Positions 55,295 to 64,000 of a DNA stretch of 64,000 bases are shown here, one piece after another; the first letter of the stretch is position 1, and every line of letters begins with the position of its first letter. Location: the NCBI GenBank assembly GCA_049969715.1, contig JBMFOH010000001.1, positions 72,958 through 136,957 of the forward strand, read 5' to 3'. The position numbers were made by a program, and so were the translations under genes. The notes under the pieces are model-generated. The model was not told where the DNA came from, searched no databases, and was given only the letters and a program-made list of their open reading frames with translations. Source of the stretch: a bacterium. GTDB taxonomy: Bacteria; DUMJ01.

Positions 55295-56103
55295 AAAAGT
55301 CCCTTCTTTACGCCTATATTCATACTTCCAGTTTTATAACCCTCTAGGTCCATAGTGATATAAGAGTAGCCTATCTCTTTTAAATATTTTACTATATCCT
55401 CTCTGTATTTTAACAGTTTCTCCATATCTTCAGACAGGACTTCTATCTTAGCGAGATTTCCAAAGTGCCTTAGTCTCACTTGCCTAAATCCTAAATCCAT
55501 TAGTATCCTTTCTCCTCTATCTATCTTTGATAATATTTCTTGAGTAAGTTTTTCTCCATAAGGCACCCTGGTTGCTAGACATGCCAGAGGAGGTTTATCC
55601 CAGGTAGAAAGCCCCAACTCTTTCGATAACATCCTTATCTCTAGTTTTGTAAGTCTAGCATCTTTTAATGGGCTTATTATCCCAAGTTCTTTTAGTGCTT
55701 TTATCCCAGGCCTATAGTCAGTAATATCATCTGCATTAGAACCATCAGCCACAGTATATATATGATATTTTTTAGCCATCTCTTTTATGAGAGAAAAAAC
55801 TTTCACCTTACAGTAGTAGCATCTATCAGGAGGATTACTAGCTATCATCTCATCGTTAAGGACGTCGATATCTATTATCTCCTGTTTTACTCCTATCTCC
55901 TTTGCTAGAGCCTTTGATTCTTCTATCTCCCACCTGGGATGAATCTGTCCAGATACCGTAACTGCTACAACATTATTTCCTAGAACCATACTACTTACCT
56001 TTAATAGGAATGTACTATCTACACCCCCAGAAAATGCAACAACGAGTCTATCATAATTTAAGAGTATATTCTTTAACGCTTCAAACTTCTCTACATATTC
56101 CAT
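55291..56103 (-). CDS. larE: ATP-dependent sacrificial sulfur transferase LarE (PP-loop ATP pyrophosphatase)
   Basis: PP-loop VVAFSGGVDST and the conserved Cys segment PPLACLATR. Confidence 0.85.
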   Translation of the reverse strand: MEYVEKFEALKNILLNYDRLVVAFSGGVDSTFLLKVSSMVLGNNVVAVTVSGQIHPRWEIEESKALAKEIGVKQEIIDIDVLNDEMIASNPPDRCYYCKVKVFSLIKEMAKKYHIYTVADGSNADDITDYRPGIKALKELGIISPLKDARLTKLEIRMLSKELGLSTWDKPPLACLATRVPYGEKLTQEILSKIDRGERILMDLGFRQVRLRHFGNLAKIEVLSEDMEKLLKYREDIVKYLKEIGYSYITMDLEGYKTGSMNIGVKKGLL

Positions 56104-56894
56104 CCTAATCTCCTATCAATATATAGAATAACTATATTTAAAATTACTGTTAAGCCTAGAGCTAGGATATCAGAAAAATACACCTTGCTAGAATTTAAGT
56201 ATCTTATATTTTTGTTGACACCTCTAGAGACCATACCTTGATAGACCTCTCTACTAAGCTGTTGGGTCTTTATCGCTAGGACCCCAACCGTTGAACCTAG
56301 CCACTGCTGTTCTCTTCTGGTATCTGTTATTATAGTTCTCATCTTTTTTGCTAGGAATAGATTCTCTGCGGTCTCTAAGAGGAGGAAGATATACCTATAA
56401 CTCATACTGATGATACTTACAAATACATTAGGTACTCCTATATATCTTAGAGAAAAGAGGAGCTTTGTCCATCTTGTAGTGAGAATGACAAGAGTCACAT
56501 AAGAGATAGATGTTGCCACCCTCAGGACAAGACGCACCATAACAACCAATCCTTCTATAGTAAATCCAAATTCGAGCCTCCCTGGTACTATAAACAGAGA
56601 GGGAATAGCGATTACTAACGTAAATATAGGTATGAATATCCAGACCTTTCTGAAAAATAATGCAAGATTTATCTTACTAAGATAGGCTAGGAGTATGCTA
56701 AAAAGATAGAGTAATAATAGAGAGTAAATATTTGTCATAAGGCTTATTCCGATGATAAAGATGATCAAAGATATAACCTTTACAGGTTCATTTAACCTTG
56801 ATATAAATGAATCTGGCATATAATCTACTATAAAAGCCTCCTTTAAGAAGGAGGCCATCTCTTTTAATGTCTTATCTAATACGTTCCTACTCAA
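56091..56894 (-). CDS. cbiQ: ECF transporter transmembrane (T) component CbiQ/NikQ-like
   Basis: 267 aa, about 5-6 TM helices, CbiQ-like. Confidence 0.7.
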   Translation of the reverse strand: MSRNVLDKTLKEMASFLKEAFIVDYMPDSFISRLNEPVKVISLIIFIIGISLMTNIYSLLLLYLFSILLAYLSKINLALFFRKVWIFIPIFTLVIAIPSLFIVPGRLEFGFTIEGLVVMVRLVLRVATSISYVTLVILTTRWTKLLFSLRYIGVPNVFVSIISMSYRYIFLLLETAENLFLAKKMRTIITDTRREQQWLGSTVGVLAIKTQQLSREVYQGMVSRGVNKNIRYLNSSKVYFSDILALGLTVILNIVILYIDRRLGWNM

Positions 56895-56896
56895 GG

Positions 56897-57217
56897 TTAT
56901 CTCCTAGATAATGCCCTTCCTATGAGAAACGCTACACCTGCTACTATTCCTACTCCAATAAGTCCTGAGATTATATATCCTATGCTCTGATAGGTAAGAG
57001 GCTTCCCCTCCCATCCCTTTAGATTATAGTCTGGAAGTAAAGGCCTTCCTAGGGATGAAAGTCTTTCTAGACCTGCTGGCACATATCCGATAAGTTCCTT
57101 TATCTCGTCTGGACCCCATTCCCCCCAAGCTGAGCCAGCCTTTACTAGGTATGGGATAATAATTCCCAATGGAGAAAGAATGACTAGTAAGATTATTATC
57201 TTCCAAAGTCTATGCAT
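56897..57217 (-). CDS. small membrane component of Ni/Co ECF transporter (CbiN/NikN- or PDGLE-domain-like)
   Basis: 106 aa with TM helices at both ends flanking a soluble segment (GEWGPDEIKELIG). Sits between the cbiM and cbiQ genes. Confidence 0.5.
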   Translation of the reverse strand: MHRLWKIIILLVILSPLGIIIPYLVKAGSAWGEWGPDEIKELIGYVPAGLERLSSLGRPLLPDYNLKGWEGKPLTYQSIGYIISGLIGVGIVAGVAFLIGRALSRR

Positions 57218-57886
57218 ACTCCCACTCCTTTATAAAATTCGTCCTCAATAGATAGGCTAATGCAGCCATAGTTACTATGGCTTCTACCCAACCAAAAATT
57301 ACAAGATGTTCTCCTAACATAGCAGGTACCGTAATAGAAAGAGGATATGGAGAATATAGAGGGACCCCTTTATCAGTATGACTTATCAAAGGTTGTAATC
57401 CAAGCTCTATACCTGCAAATAGAGCTGCTACATTCAGCCCAACATACCCTCCTATTCCTGCTGCTATTATCCTTCTTTTTGAATTTAAAGGGCTATTCCC
57501 ACTTATCAACTTATATGTATAATATCCGACAAATGGAAGGATAAAACCCATATTGAAACAGTTAGCTCCAATAGCAGTGATCCCTCCGTCTCCAAAGATA
57601 AGGGCTTGAATTACAAGAACAATAGTAATAACTATTAATGTTGCCCATGGACCTATAAGAATAGAGAGGATCATCCCACCAACTGCATGTCCTGTAGTAC
57701 CTCCTGGGATAGGTACATTAAACATCATAATGACAAAAGAGAATGCTGCTCCAAGGGCAATCAATGGTACCTGAGACATCTTTAAGGTCTTATTCAAAAC
57801 CTTACTTGCCTTGAACCATAAAGGTATCATTACCCCAAACATCGTCCCATATGTCTGAGGGCCTAAATACCCATCAGGGATATGCA
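57210..57886 (-). CDS. cbiM: Ni/Co ECF transporter substrate-specific component CbiM/NikM
   Basis: I prefer the GTG start at 57886, giving the canonical MHIPDGYL N-terminus needed for metal coordination. A GGAGGTG RBS lies 5 nt upstream. The ORF-track start at 57914 adds 9 residues. Confidence 0.8.
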
Positions 57887-57899
57887 CAATATCACCTCC

Positions 57900-57955
57900 A
57901 AAAATAAAGACCACAAAAGTCTCCTAGCTCATCTAGGATATTGACCTTCGTGGTC
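57900..57955 (-). promoter_or_regulatory. terminator-like hairpin in the cbiM leader (candidate attenuator)
   Basis: Minus-strand RNA: GACCAC-gaaggucaaua-UCCUAG-augag-CUAGGA-gacuuuu-GUGGUC-UUUAUUUUU, immediately followed by RBS GGAGGUG and the GTG start. Confidence 0.4.
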
Positions 57956-58132
57956 TTAAATTTTGCTATATTAAACTATTAAGATTATACACGAAAAAAG
58001 GTAACAGTGCAAGGGAAGTAGGTGTGAAAGGTAAAAAGTTATACGTGATTCTCTTTTCCTCTATGTCCCAATTTATAACTGTGGTATCATAATATTAAAG
58101 CTTAAAATTAATCTTGAAAGGAGTGAAGAAAA

Positions 58133-60849
58133 TGGACAGTTTGTTAAATCTCTTAAATGAGAGCCTTAAAGGTATGGGTTGGGAGATAGAGAGGTTCAAG
58201 TATGAGGTGAATTTTGCCATAAAACTCACTGAAGCATTTCCAGATAAGAAAGATGAGTGGCTAAGGCTTATAGAGAAAGCCGTCTCATTGGTCTCTCAGA
58301 ACCTCGGTAAGAAAGAAACTAGTTCTTTAGTAGAAGAAGGAGAAAAGGTTCTTTCTCCAATAGGTGAAATTGCCAAGACCTTTACTATCCACTATGTAGG
58401 CCATGCCCATATAGATATGAATTGGCTATGGGACTGGCCAGAGACTGTAGATACGGCATATAAGACGTTTATTACTGCCATTAGACTTATGGATGAGTTC
58501 CCAGACTTTAAGTTCTCTCAGAGTCAAACCTCTGTATATTCTGCTATGGAAAAGTATAGCCCTGAGACGTTTGAGATGATTAAGGAAAAGGTCAAAAAAG
58601 GGCAATGGGAAGTAACTGCTAATCATTGGGTGGAAGGAGATAAAAATCTTGCCTCAGGAGAGGCGCTAATAAGACATATCCTCTATACCAAGAGATACTT
58701 CAACGAGAAGTTTGGATTTTCCTATGATGCTATAAAGATTGACTGGGAGCCAGATACCTTTGGACATCACTGGATGCATCCTCAGATATTGAGAAAGTCA
58801 GGTATAACAAGATACTATTTCTGTAGAGCAGGAAGAGGGCCTCGCATCTTTTGGTGGGCTAGTCCTGATGGTTCAAAAATACTTGCCTGGGATGATGGTA
58901 AACTTTGGTATCTAGGACCTGTGAAACCAGAGGATGTGGTAGAGGCAGTAGAACTCTATAAAAGTACTGGGATGAAAGATTATCTAGTTGTCTATGGGGT
59001 AGGCGACCATGGAGGTGGTCCAACAAGAAGGGATCTCCAGTTGATAGAAGAGATGAAATCCTGGCCTATATTCCCAAAGGTTAAGTGTAGCACTACTGAT
59101 GAATTTTTCTCTATAGCAGAAAGGTTTGGAGATAGATTCCCAGTAGTGAATGATGAATTGAATTTTGTATTCAGAGGATGTTATACGTCTCAAAGTAATA
59201 TAAAAGAGGCAAACAAAAGAGCAGAGACCTTACTGACTACTGTAGAAACTATTGGCCTATTAGCCAGTAAATTGTCTGGTAAGATGTATTCTGAAGAGCT
59301 CTTAAAAGAAGGATGGATAAATACTCTGTTTAATCAGTTCCATGATATCTTACCAGGATCTGGGATACCTGAGACATACAAGTATGCCCAAGGATTATTC
59401 CAGAATGCAAAGGCAGCTGGAAATATGATAAAAGAACTCTCTCTGAAGGCGATAGTTAAAGAGATAGATACAAAGAGTTCCATTGATGGACTTCCCATCG
59501 TCGTATTTAATCCTTTAGGATGGACAAGACAGGATACTATAACAGTTGATATATATGATACGTTTAGTGAGAAGGATACCCTTGAGCTTGTAGATGAGGA
59601 GGGCAATACTTATCCTGTTCAATATAAGGAATACTCCTTCTTCCAGACCTGTTTAAGGGTAACGTTTACCACTAAGGATGTTCCTGGGTACGGTTATAAG
59701 ACCTATTATTTGAGACGGAGAGAAAAAGGATTTGTGAATTCAGAAGTAAAGGTTACTGATGCTTTCACTGGACAGGTCACTGAGAGTGGGGTAAGAGCTA
59801 GCAACAAATACATCCTAGAAAATGAGTATCTAAAGGTAACCCTAGAGACAGGTTCGGGAGCCATTACAAGTATTATAGACAAAGCTACCGGCAAAGAGTT
59901 TGTCCCTAAAGGAAGCAAATCTGCTCTTCTTCAGATGCTCTATGAGGCGCCTCATCCAATGAGTGCTTGGGAGATTGGACAGATAATAAATACTGTAGAT
60001 TTAGATACAGGTGCCACCCTTGAGGTGATAGAAAAGGGTCCTTCTAGGGCTATTGTGCGAAGTAAAAGGAGATATGGTAACTCTGAATTTATCCTTGATA
60101 CCATACTAAACAATAATGTCCCTAGAATAGATTTTAGACTTGAGTTATTGTGGTTTGAATTTGGAAGTAGAGAAGTAGGTGTACCTATGCTAAAGGTCGC
60201 CTTTCCAGTGAATGCGATTAAGGGAAGAGCAAGATTTGACATTCCATTTGGTAGTATAGAAAGACCAGCCAATGGGGAGGAAGTCCCTAGCCAAAAATGG
60301 GTAGACCTTACTGGGATAGATACTCAAGGTGAAGCCCTTGGGATGGCCCTTTCAAGTACAGCTAAGTATGGATATGATGTAAAAGACAATACTATTAGAA
60401 TGACTGTCTTGAGAAGTTCATATGAGCCTGATCCAGTGCCAGAAAGAGGAAGATATGAATTTACATTTTCCTTACTACCACATATTGGTGAATTGGCTCC
60501 TTCCAATCTTACAAGATTTGGAAACGAAGTCAACTATCCTCTAATCCCCTATGTAACAGATATGCATCCAGGTAGGTTAGAGAGAGTCTTAGAAGTAATT
60601 AAGGTGGAGCCAAGGAACATAGTAGTATCTATCCTTAAGAAGGCAGAAGACAATAATGATATAATACTAAGGGTCTATGAGGTCGATGGTTACGAGGTAG
60701 AATCAAAAATAATGCTTGGGCTACCTTTTAGTTCTTATGTAGAAACGGATCTTCTTGAACAACCTATAAAGGATGTAGTCCAATGTAAGGATGCAGTTAT
60801 AACACTAGATTTAAAGCCATACGAAATAAAAACAGTAAGAATAAGATAG
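58133..60849 (+). CDS. alpha-mannosidase, glycoside hydrolase family 38
   Basis: About 905 aa with the GH38 N-terminal catalytic region (HAHIDMNWLW), a central domain and a C-terminal beta-sandwich. The ATG at 58133 with an AAAGGAGTG RBS is preferred over the TTG at 58114. Confidence 0.75.
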
Positions 60850-60877
60850 AATCAAGTGCTGTAGGAAGAAAACTTTC

Positions 60878-62011
60878 CTACAGCACTATCATCATTCCTA
60901 GTGCTGCTACTATCCCCATAATTCCACCAAAATAGAACGGAGCACTAGCTCCTAGAAGATTCCAGAGTAATCCTGCAATAGAAGATGCCGGTAATAGCCC
61001 TACTCCTTCTAGGGTGGCATGAAGCCCGATCAGAGTAGCCCTTGTTTCTACTGGGGCTATATCCGATATTAAAGCCTTTTGCACTCCTTCAGTGAGCCCT
61101 ATATAGATTCCATAAAGACCAAAGAGTGTCCAAAGATAAGAAGCCTTAGTAACTATTGCAAATCCAAGATAGACAATCCCATAGAATACATATCCTATAA
61201 CGATCAGTCTCTTTCTGCCAATTCTATCTGAAAGCCTTCCAGCAGGATATGCGAATACCATATATACAAGATTATAGGCAAGATACAATAGAAGGACTGT
61301 TGCATCGTTGAAGCCTAAATTCTTTGCCCTAAGGAGTAGAAATTGGTTGGAAGAATTTCCCAGTGTAAATAGAAAGGTCACTATGAGAAAGCCTTTGAGT
61401 CTTTTATCTAGACCCGACCATTTTAGTTTTGGTCTTGAATTACTAGATACCTTTGCCTGTTTCCCCTCTCTTGCAAAGAATAATACCCCGATGCCAAGGA
61501 ATGCAGGTACAAGTGAATACAGGAATACCCTAGAATAGTCCCCTGAGAATCTTGTAAAGAAATAATAGGCAAGTATCACGCCGATAGCTGCCCCAAGGGT
61601 ATCCATAGTCCTATGGAGACCAAAAGCTCTTCCTCTCTTTGTTTGTTCTGTTGAGTCCGCTATCAATGCATCTCTAGGAGCGGTTCTTATACCTTTACCA
61701 AATCTATCAATCCATCGTCCGGCAAATACCATCCCCCATGAGCGTGATAGATAGAGGAATACTTTGCCTATAGTAGAAGACCCATATCCCAGTATTGCTA
61801 GAGGCTTTCTCTTTCCTACTAGATCAGATATATATCCAGAAAAGACCCTCAATAGGCTGGCAGTACTTTCGGCTACCCCTTCTATTATCCCAACTATAGC
61901 TGGGCTAGCTCCAAGTTTTGATACTAAATATAGAGGGATAAGAGGATAGACCATCTCAGTGCTTATATCGGTAAGAAAGCTTACAATACCTAGAATTATA
62001 ACATTAAACAT
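60878..62011 (-). CDS. MFS transporter
   Basis: 377 aa, about 12 TM helices, same subfamily as the 12675..13847 gene. Confidence 0.75.
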   Translation of the reverse strand: MFNVIILGIVSFLTDISTEMVYPLIPLYLVSKLGASPAIVGIIEGVAESTASLLRVFSGYISDLVGKRKPLAILGYGSSTIGKVFLYLSRSWGMVFAGRWIDRFGKGIRTAPRDALIADSTEQTKRGRAFGLHRTMDTLGAAIGVILAYYFFTRFSGDYSRVFLYSLVPAFLGIGVLFFAREGKQAKVSSNSRPKLKWSGLDKRLKGFLIVTFLFTLGNSSNQFLLLRAKNLGFNDATVLLLYLAYNLVYMVFAYPAGRLSDRIGRKRLIVIGYVFYGIVYLGFAIVTKASYLWTLFGLYGIYIGLTEGVQKALISDIAPVETRATLIGLHATLEGVGLLPASSIAGLLWNLLGASAPFYFGGIMGIVAALGMMIVL

Positions 62012-62048
62012 TTTTCCCTCCTTGGTAATTGAGATACAGATTATTATA

Positions 62049-62426
62049 CTACTTTTTCAGAATTTTTTCTGCCTCGAAAGCGGCTTTTCTCACTGTTACA
62101 TATGGATGAGATTTTGCCCTTTCTATCACATCCAGAGCCCTTACACCGCCAATCTTTGCTAGGGCTATTACTGCTTCTCCTGCTATGTATGGGTCTTGCT
62201 CTTCTATTGCTGCAGCTAGGGCATCTATAGCCTGAGGGTTGCCTATTTCCCCAAGGATATATGCTGCTCTTCTAGCTGTAAAGCCATCTTTCGACTTTAA
62301 AGCAGAAATGAGCTTTTCTAAATATGTATTATTTTCTCCTAGATTAGCCCTACAGAAAGGGCATATTTTTGTATCCTTAGGGATTTCTTCCCAACAATTT
62401 GGGCAGAAGTAATGTAATTTACCCAT
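62049..62426 (-). CDS. zinc-ribbon plus HEAT-repeat (PBS lyase-like) protein
   Basis: N-terminal CPNC...CPFC zinc ribbon, then E-Z type HEAT repeats (ARRAAYILGEIGNPQAIDAL...). Confidence 0.65.
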   Translation of the reverse strand: MGKLHYFCPNCWEEIPKDTKICPFCRANLGENNTYLEKLISALKSKDGFTARRAAYILGEIGNPQAIDALAAAIEEQDPYIAGEAVIALAKIGGVRALDVIERAKSHPYVTVRKAAFEAEKILKK

Positions 62427-62434
62427 AATAAATT

Positions 62435-63058
62435 TTACACCTTCTTCTTCCCTACTAATTTCTCTATTGCCTTGTATCGAGCTCTATATTCTTTTCCCCT
62501 TGGCTCATTTTGGAATCTATAATCACTCTTACGAATAATCTCTGAAAGATCAAATGATAACTCTTCTAGCCTTTGTTTTTCTAATTCTATTAGAAATTTT
62601 TTAGTCTCTTCGTTATTGGCAAGATTAATACACATCTTTAAATGAGGATAGCATAATCCATCGGAGGCTATATACTTTTGATAAAATGCATCCTCTTGCA
62701 GGTATTTTAAGAAAACCTCTACATATCTTTTACTAGCATTAGCTTCTACATTACACACTGGACAAGAAATTTCAGGATCTAAAGGATTACCTATATATTT
62801 GATATGATGGTCTACCAAGCGTTTATATATGATGGCTGTCCCTAAAACTTCCTGATAAGAATATAAAAGCCATGAGTGCAAATTACAAAAACCTCCACTT
62901 TTTACGATTCTTTCTGCCGTATGAGAATCATTTACATATTCATAGAGGAGAGATTTTACATAGCTATGTACAACCTCTTTTGTAAGGGTACATATAGGGC
63001 AACCCTCTCCTTCTAATGCATCACATAACTTTGAATATAATACATCCTTCTCCTTCAT
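62435..63058 (-). CDS. cysteine-rich protein of unknown function (possibly DUF6062-like)
   Basis: 207 aa carrying two copies of a C-x2-C ... C-x-L-H arrangement (CPIC...CNLH; CPVC...CYPH). GGAGGGG RBS. Confidence 0.55.
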   Translation of the reverse strand: MKEKDVLYSKLCDALEGEGCPICTLTKEVVHSYVKSLLYEYVNDSHTAERIVKSGGFCNLHSWLLYSYQEVLGTAIIYKRLVDHHIKYIGNPLDPEISCPVCNVEANASKRYVEVFLKYLQEDAFYQKYIASDGLCYPHLKMCINLANNEETKKFLIELEKQRLEELSFDLSEIIRKSDYRFQNEPRGKEYRARYKAIEKLVGKKKV

Positions 63059-63089
63059 TTATTAGCCCCTCCATTAAAAATCAAAAAGC

Positions 63090-63128
63090 TCCTACTAGAA
63101 CTAATCTAGTAGGAGCTATCAGCCCTGC
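63090..63128 (-). terminator. intrinsic-terminator-like hairpin in 5' leader of the 62435..63058 operon
   Basis: Minus-strand RNA: CUCCUACUAG-auuaguu-CUAGUAGGAG-c-UUUUUGAUUUUU, about 15 nt upstream of the RBS. Confidence 0.45.
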
Positions 63129-63214
63129 TTAAGGCAAATACTTTGGACGAGCTCCATCGTCCAAAAAGATTATACTATTCTTTTCTCTCTTCGTCAAATA
63201 AAATAGGAAGAGTA

Positions 63215-63223
63215 TGTTATAAT
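63215..63223 (+). promoter_or_regulatory. extended -10 promoter element (TGtTATAAT) for the GH130 gene
   Basis: TGTTATAAT is about 30 nt upstream of the ATG at 63254, with an AGGAGGG RBS. Confidence 0.4.
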
Positions 63224-63253
63224 AAACTAGAATTTGGAAAAGGAGGGAGAAAA

Positions 63254-64000
63254 ATGGAGATCAAGATTTTAGGACAACCTCTATCTAATATACCCTGGGA
63301 GGATAAGCCTAAGGATTGTAAAGAGATTGTCTGGCGTTCTAAGAGAAATCCCATAATTAGAAGGAATCAGGCTAAGGATGCAAATAGTATCTTCAATAGT
63401 GCTGTGGTTCCCTTTGAAGACGGGTTTGCTGGAATCTTTAGAGTAGATGATAGGTCTAGGTCTATGAATATAAGAAGGGGGTTCTCTAAAGATGGAATCA
63501 ATTGGGAGATTGATGATAAACCTATTGATTTTATTCAAGAGACTAGAGACCCTTTAATAAGTGAGTATAAGTATGATCCGAGGGTTACATTTATAGAAGA
63601 TAGGTATTATATCACTTGGTGTAACGGTTATTATGGGCCTACCATAGGGGTTGGCTATACTTTCGACTTTGAAAGGTTTTATCAGATTGAGAATGCATTC
63701 CTTCCATACAATAGAAATGGAGTCTTATTTCCAAGAAAGATCAATGGAAAGTATGCAATATTAAGTAGGCCGTCTGACACTGGGCATACTGCTTTTGGGG
63801 ATATATTCTACAGTGAGAGCCCAGATATGATATATTGGGGGCGTCATAGGCATGTGATGTCTAGAGGTTACACTAGTTGGCAATCGTTAAAGATAGGAGC
63901 TGGACCTACACCTATTGAAACCAGTGAGGGTTGGCTACTTATATATCATGGAGTATTGTTATCCTGTAATGGCTATGTCTATAGTTTTGGAGCAGCTTTA
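63254..64000 (+). CDS. GH130 family beta-mannoside phosphorylase/glycosidase (3' end outside window)
   Basis: The frame is open from ATG 63254 to the window end (249 codons). The translation [19 protein letters not shown]...[19 protein letters not shown]... matches GH130 mannosylglucose/mannooligosaccharide phosphorylases. Confidence 0.7.
   Translation, partial: MEIKILGQPLSNIPWEDKPKDCKEIVWRSKRNPIIRRNQAKDANSIFNSAVVPFEDGFAGIFRVDDRSRSMNIRRGFSKDGINWEIDDKPIDFIQETRDPLISEYKYDPRVTFIEDRYYITWCNGYYGPTIGVGYTFDFERFYQIENAFLPYNRNGVLFPRKINGKYAILSRPSDTGHTAFGDIFYSESPDMIYWGRHRHVMSRGYTSWQSLKIGAGPTPIETSEGWLLIYHGVLLSCNGYVYSFGAAL

Noticed and set aside
58114-58132. TTG start for the GH38 gene given by the ORF track
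   Set aside because: The ATG at 58133 is preceded by an AAAGGAGTG RBS at correct spacing. The TTG extension would place the RBS inside the coding sequence.

Overview
Low-GC window (roughly 35% by eye) from a probable thermophilic bacterium; the proteins are Lys/Glu/Ile-rich. It is densely coding, about 60 genes, and mixes housekeeping and accessory functions. Main blocks: (1) a minus-strand run of mltG, prfB with its programmed +1 frameshift, secA, a 1214-aa secreted TPR/transglutaminase-like protein, a DUF1015 protein, a SEC-C-motif protein, apgM and an MFS transporter. (2) Carbohydrate-active genes throughout: GH51 (partial), GH3, GH2, CE7, GH38 and GH130 (partial), with a LacI regulator and sugar-alcohol-type genes. 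(3) A tight operon of a UbiA-family prenyl-phosphate (DPPR-synthase-like) transferase, DUF362, a GT-C-like polytopic membrane protein and a small 4-TM EamA/ArnE-like protein. It is followed by a Gfo/Idh/MocA oxidoreductase and a TIM-barrel sugar-phosphate epimerase. This is my top candidate for an undescribed lipid-linked sugar envelope-modification system. (4) A putative NurA-like/HerA-like two-gene operon whose composition looks different (Arg-rich, apparently higher GC); it is a candidate mobile defence or DNA-processing module. (5) floA-nfeD. (6) A cobalamin-riboswitch-controlled btuF-cobU-cobT-cobS-cobC salvage operon. (7) A nickel ECF transporter (cbiM/N/Q/O-like) with larE-larB-larC inserted and no larA. 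(8) A Cys-rich protein, a Zn-ribbon-HEAT protein and an MFS transporter behind a leader carrying an intrinsic-terminator-like hairpin. No rRNA, tRNA, CRISPR array or clear IS/transposon was seen.
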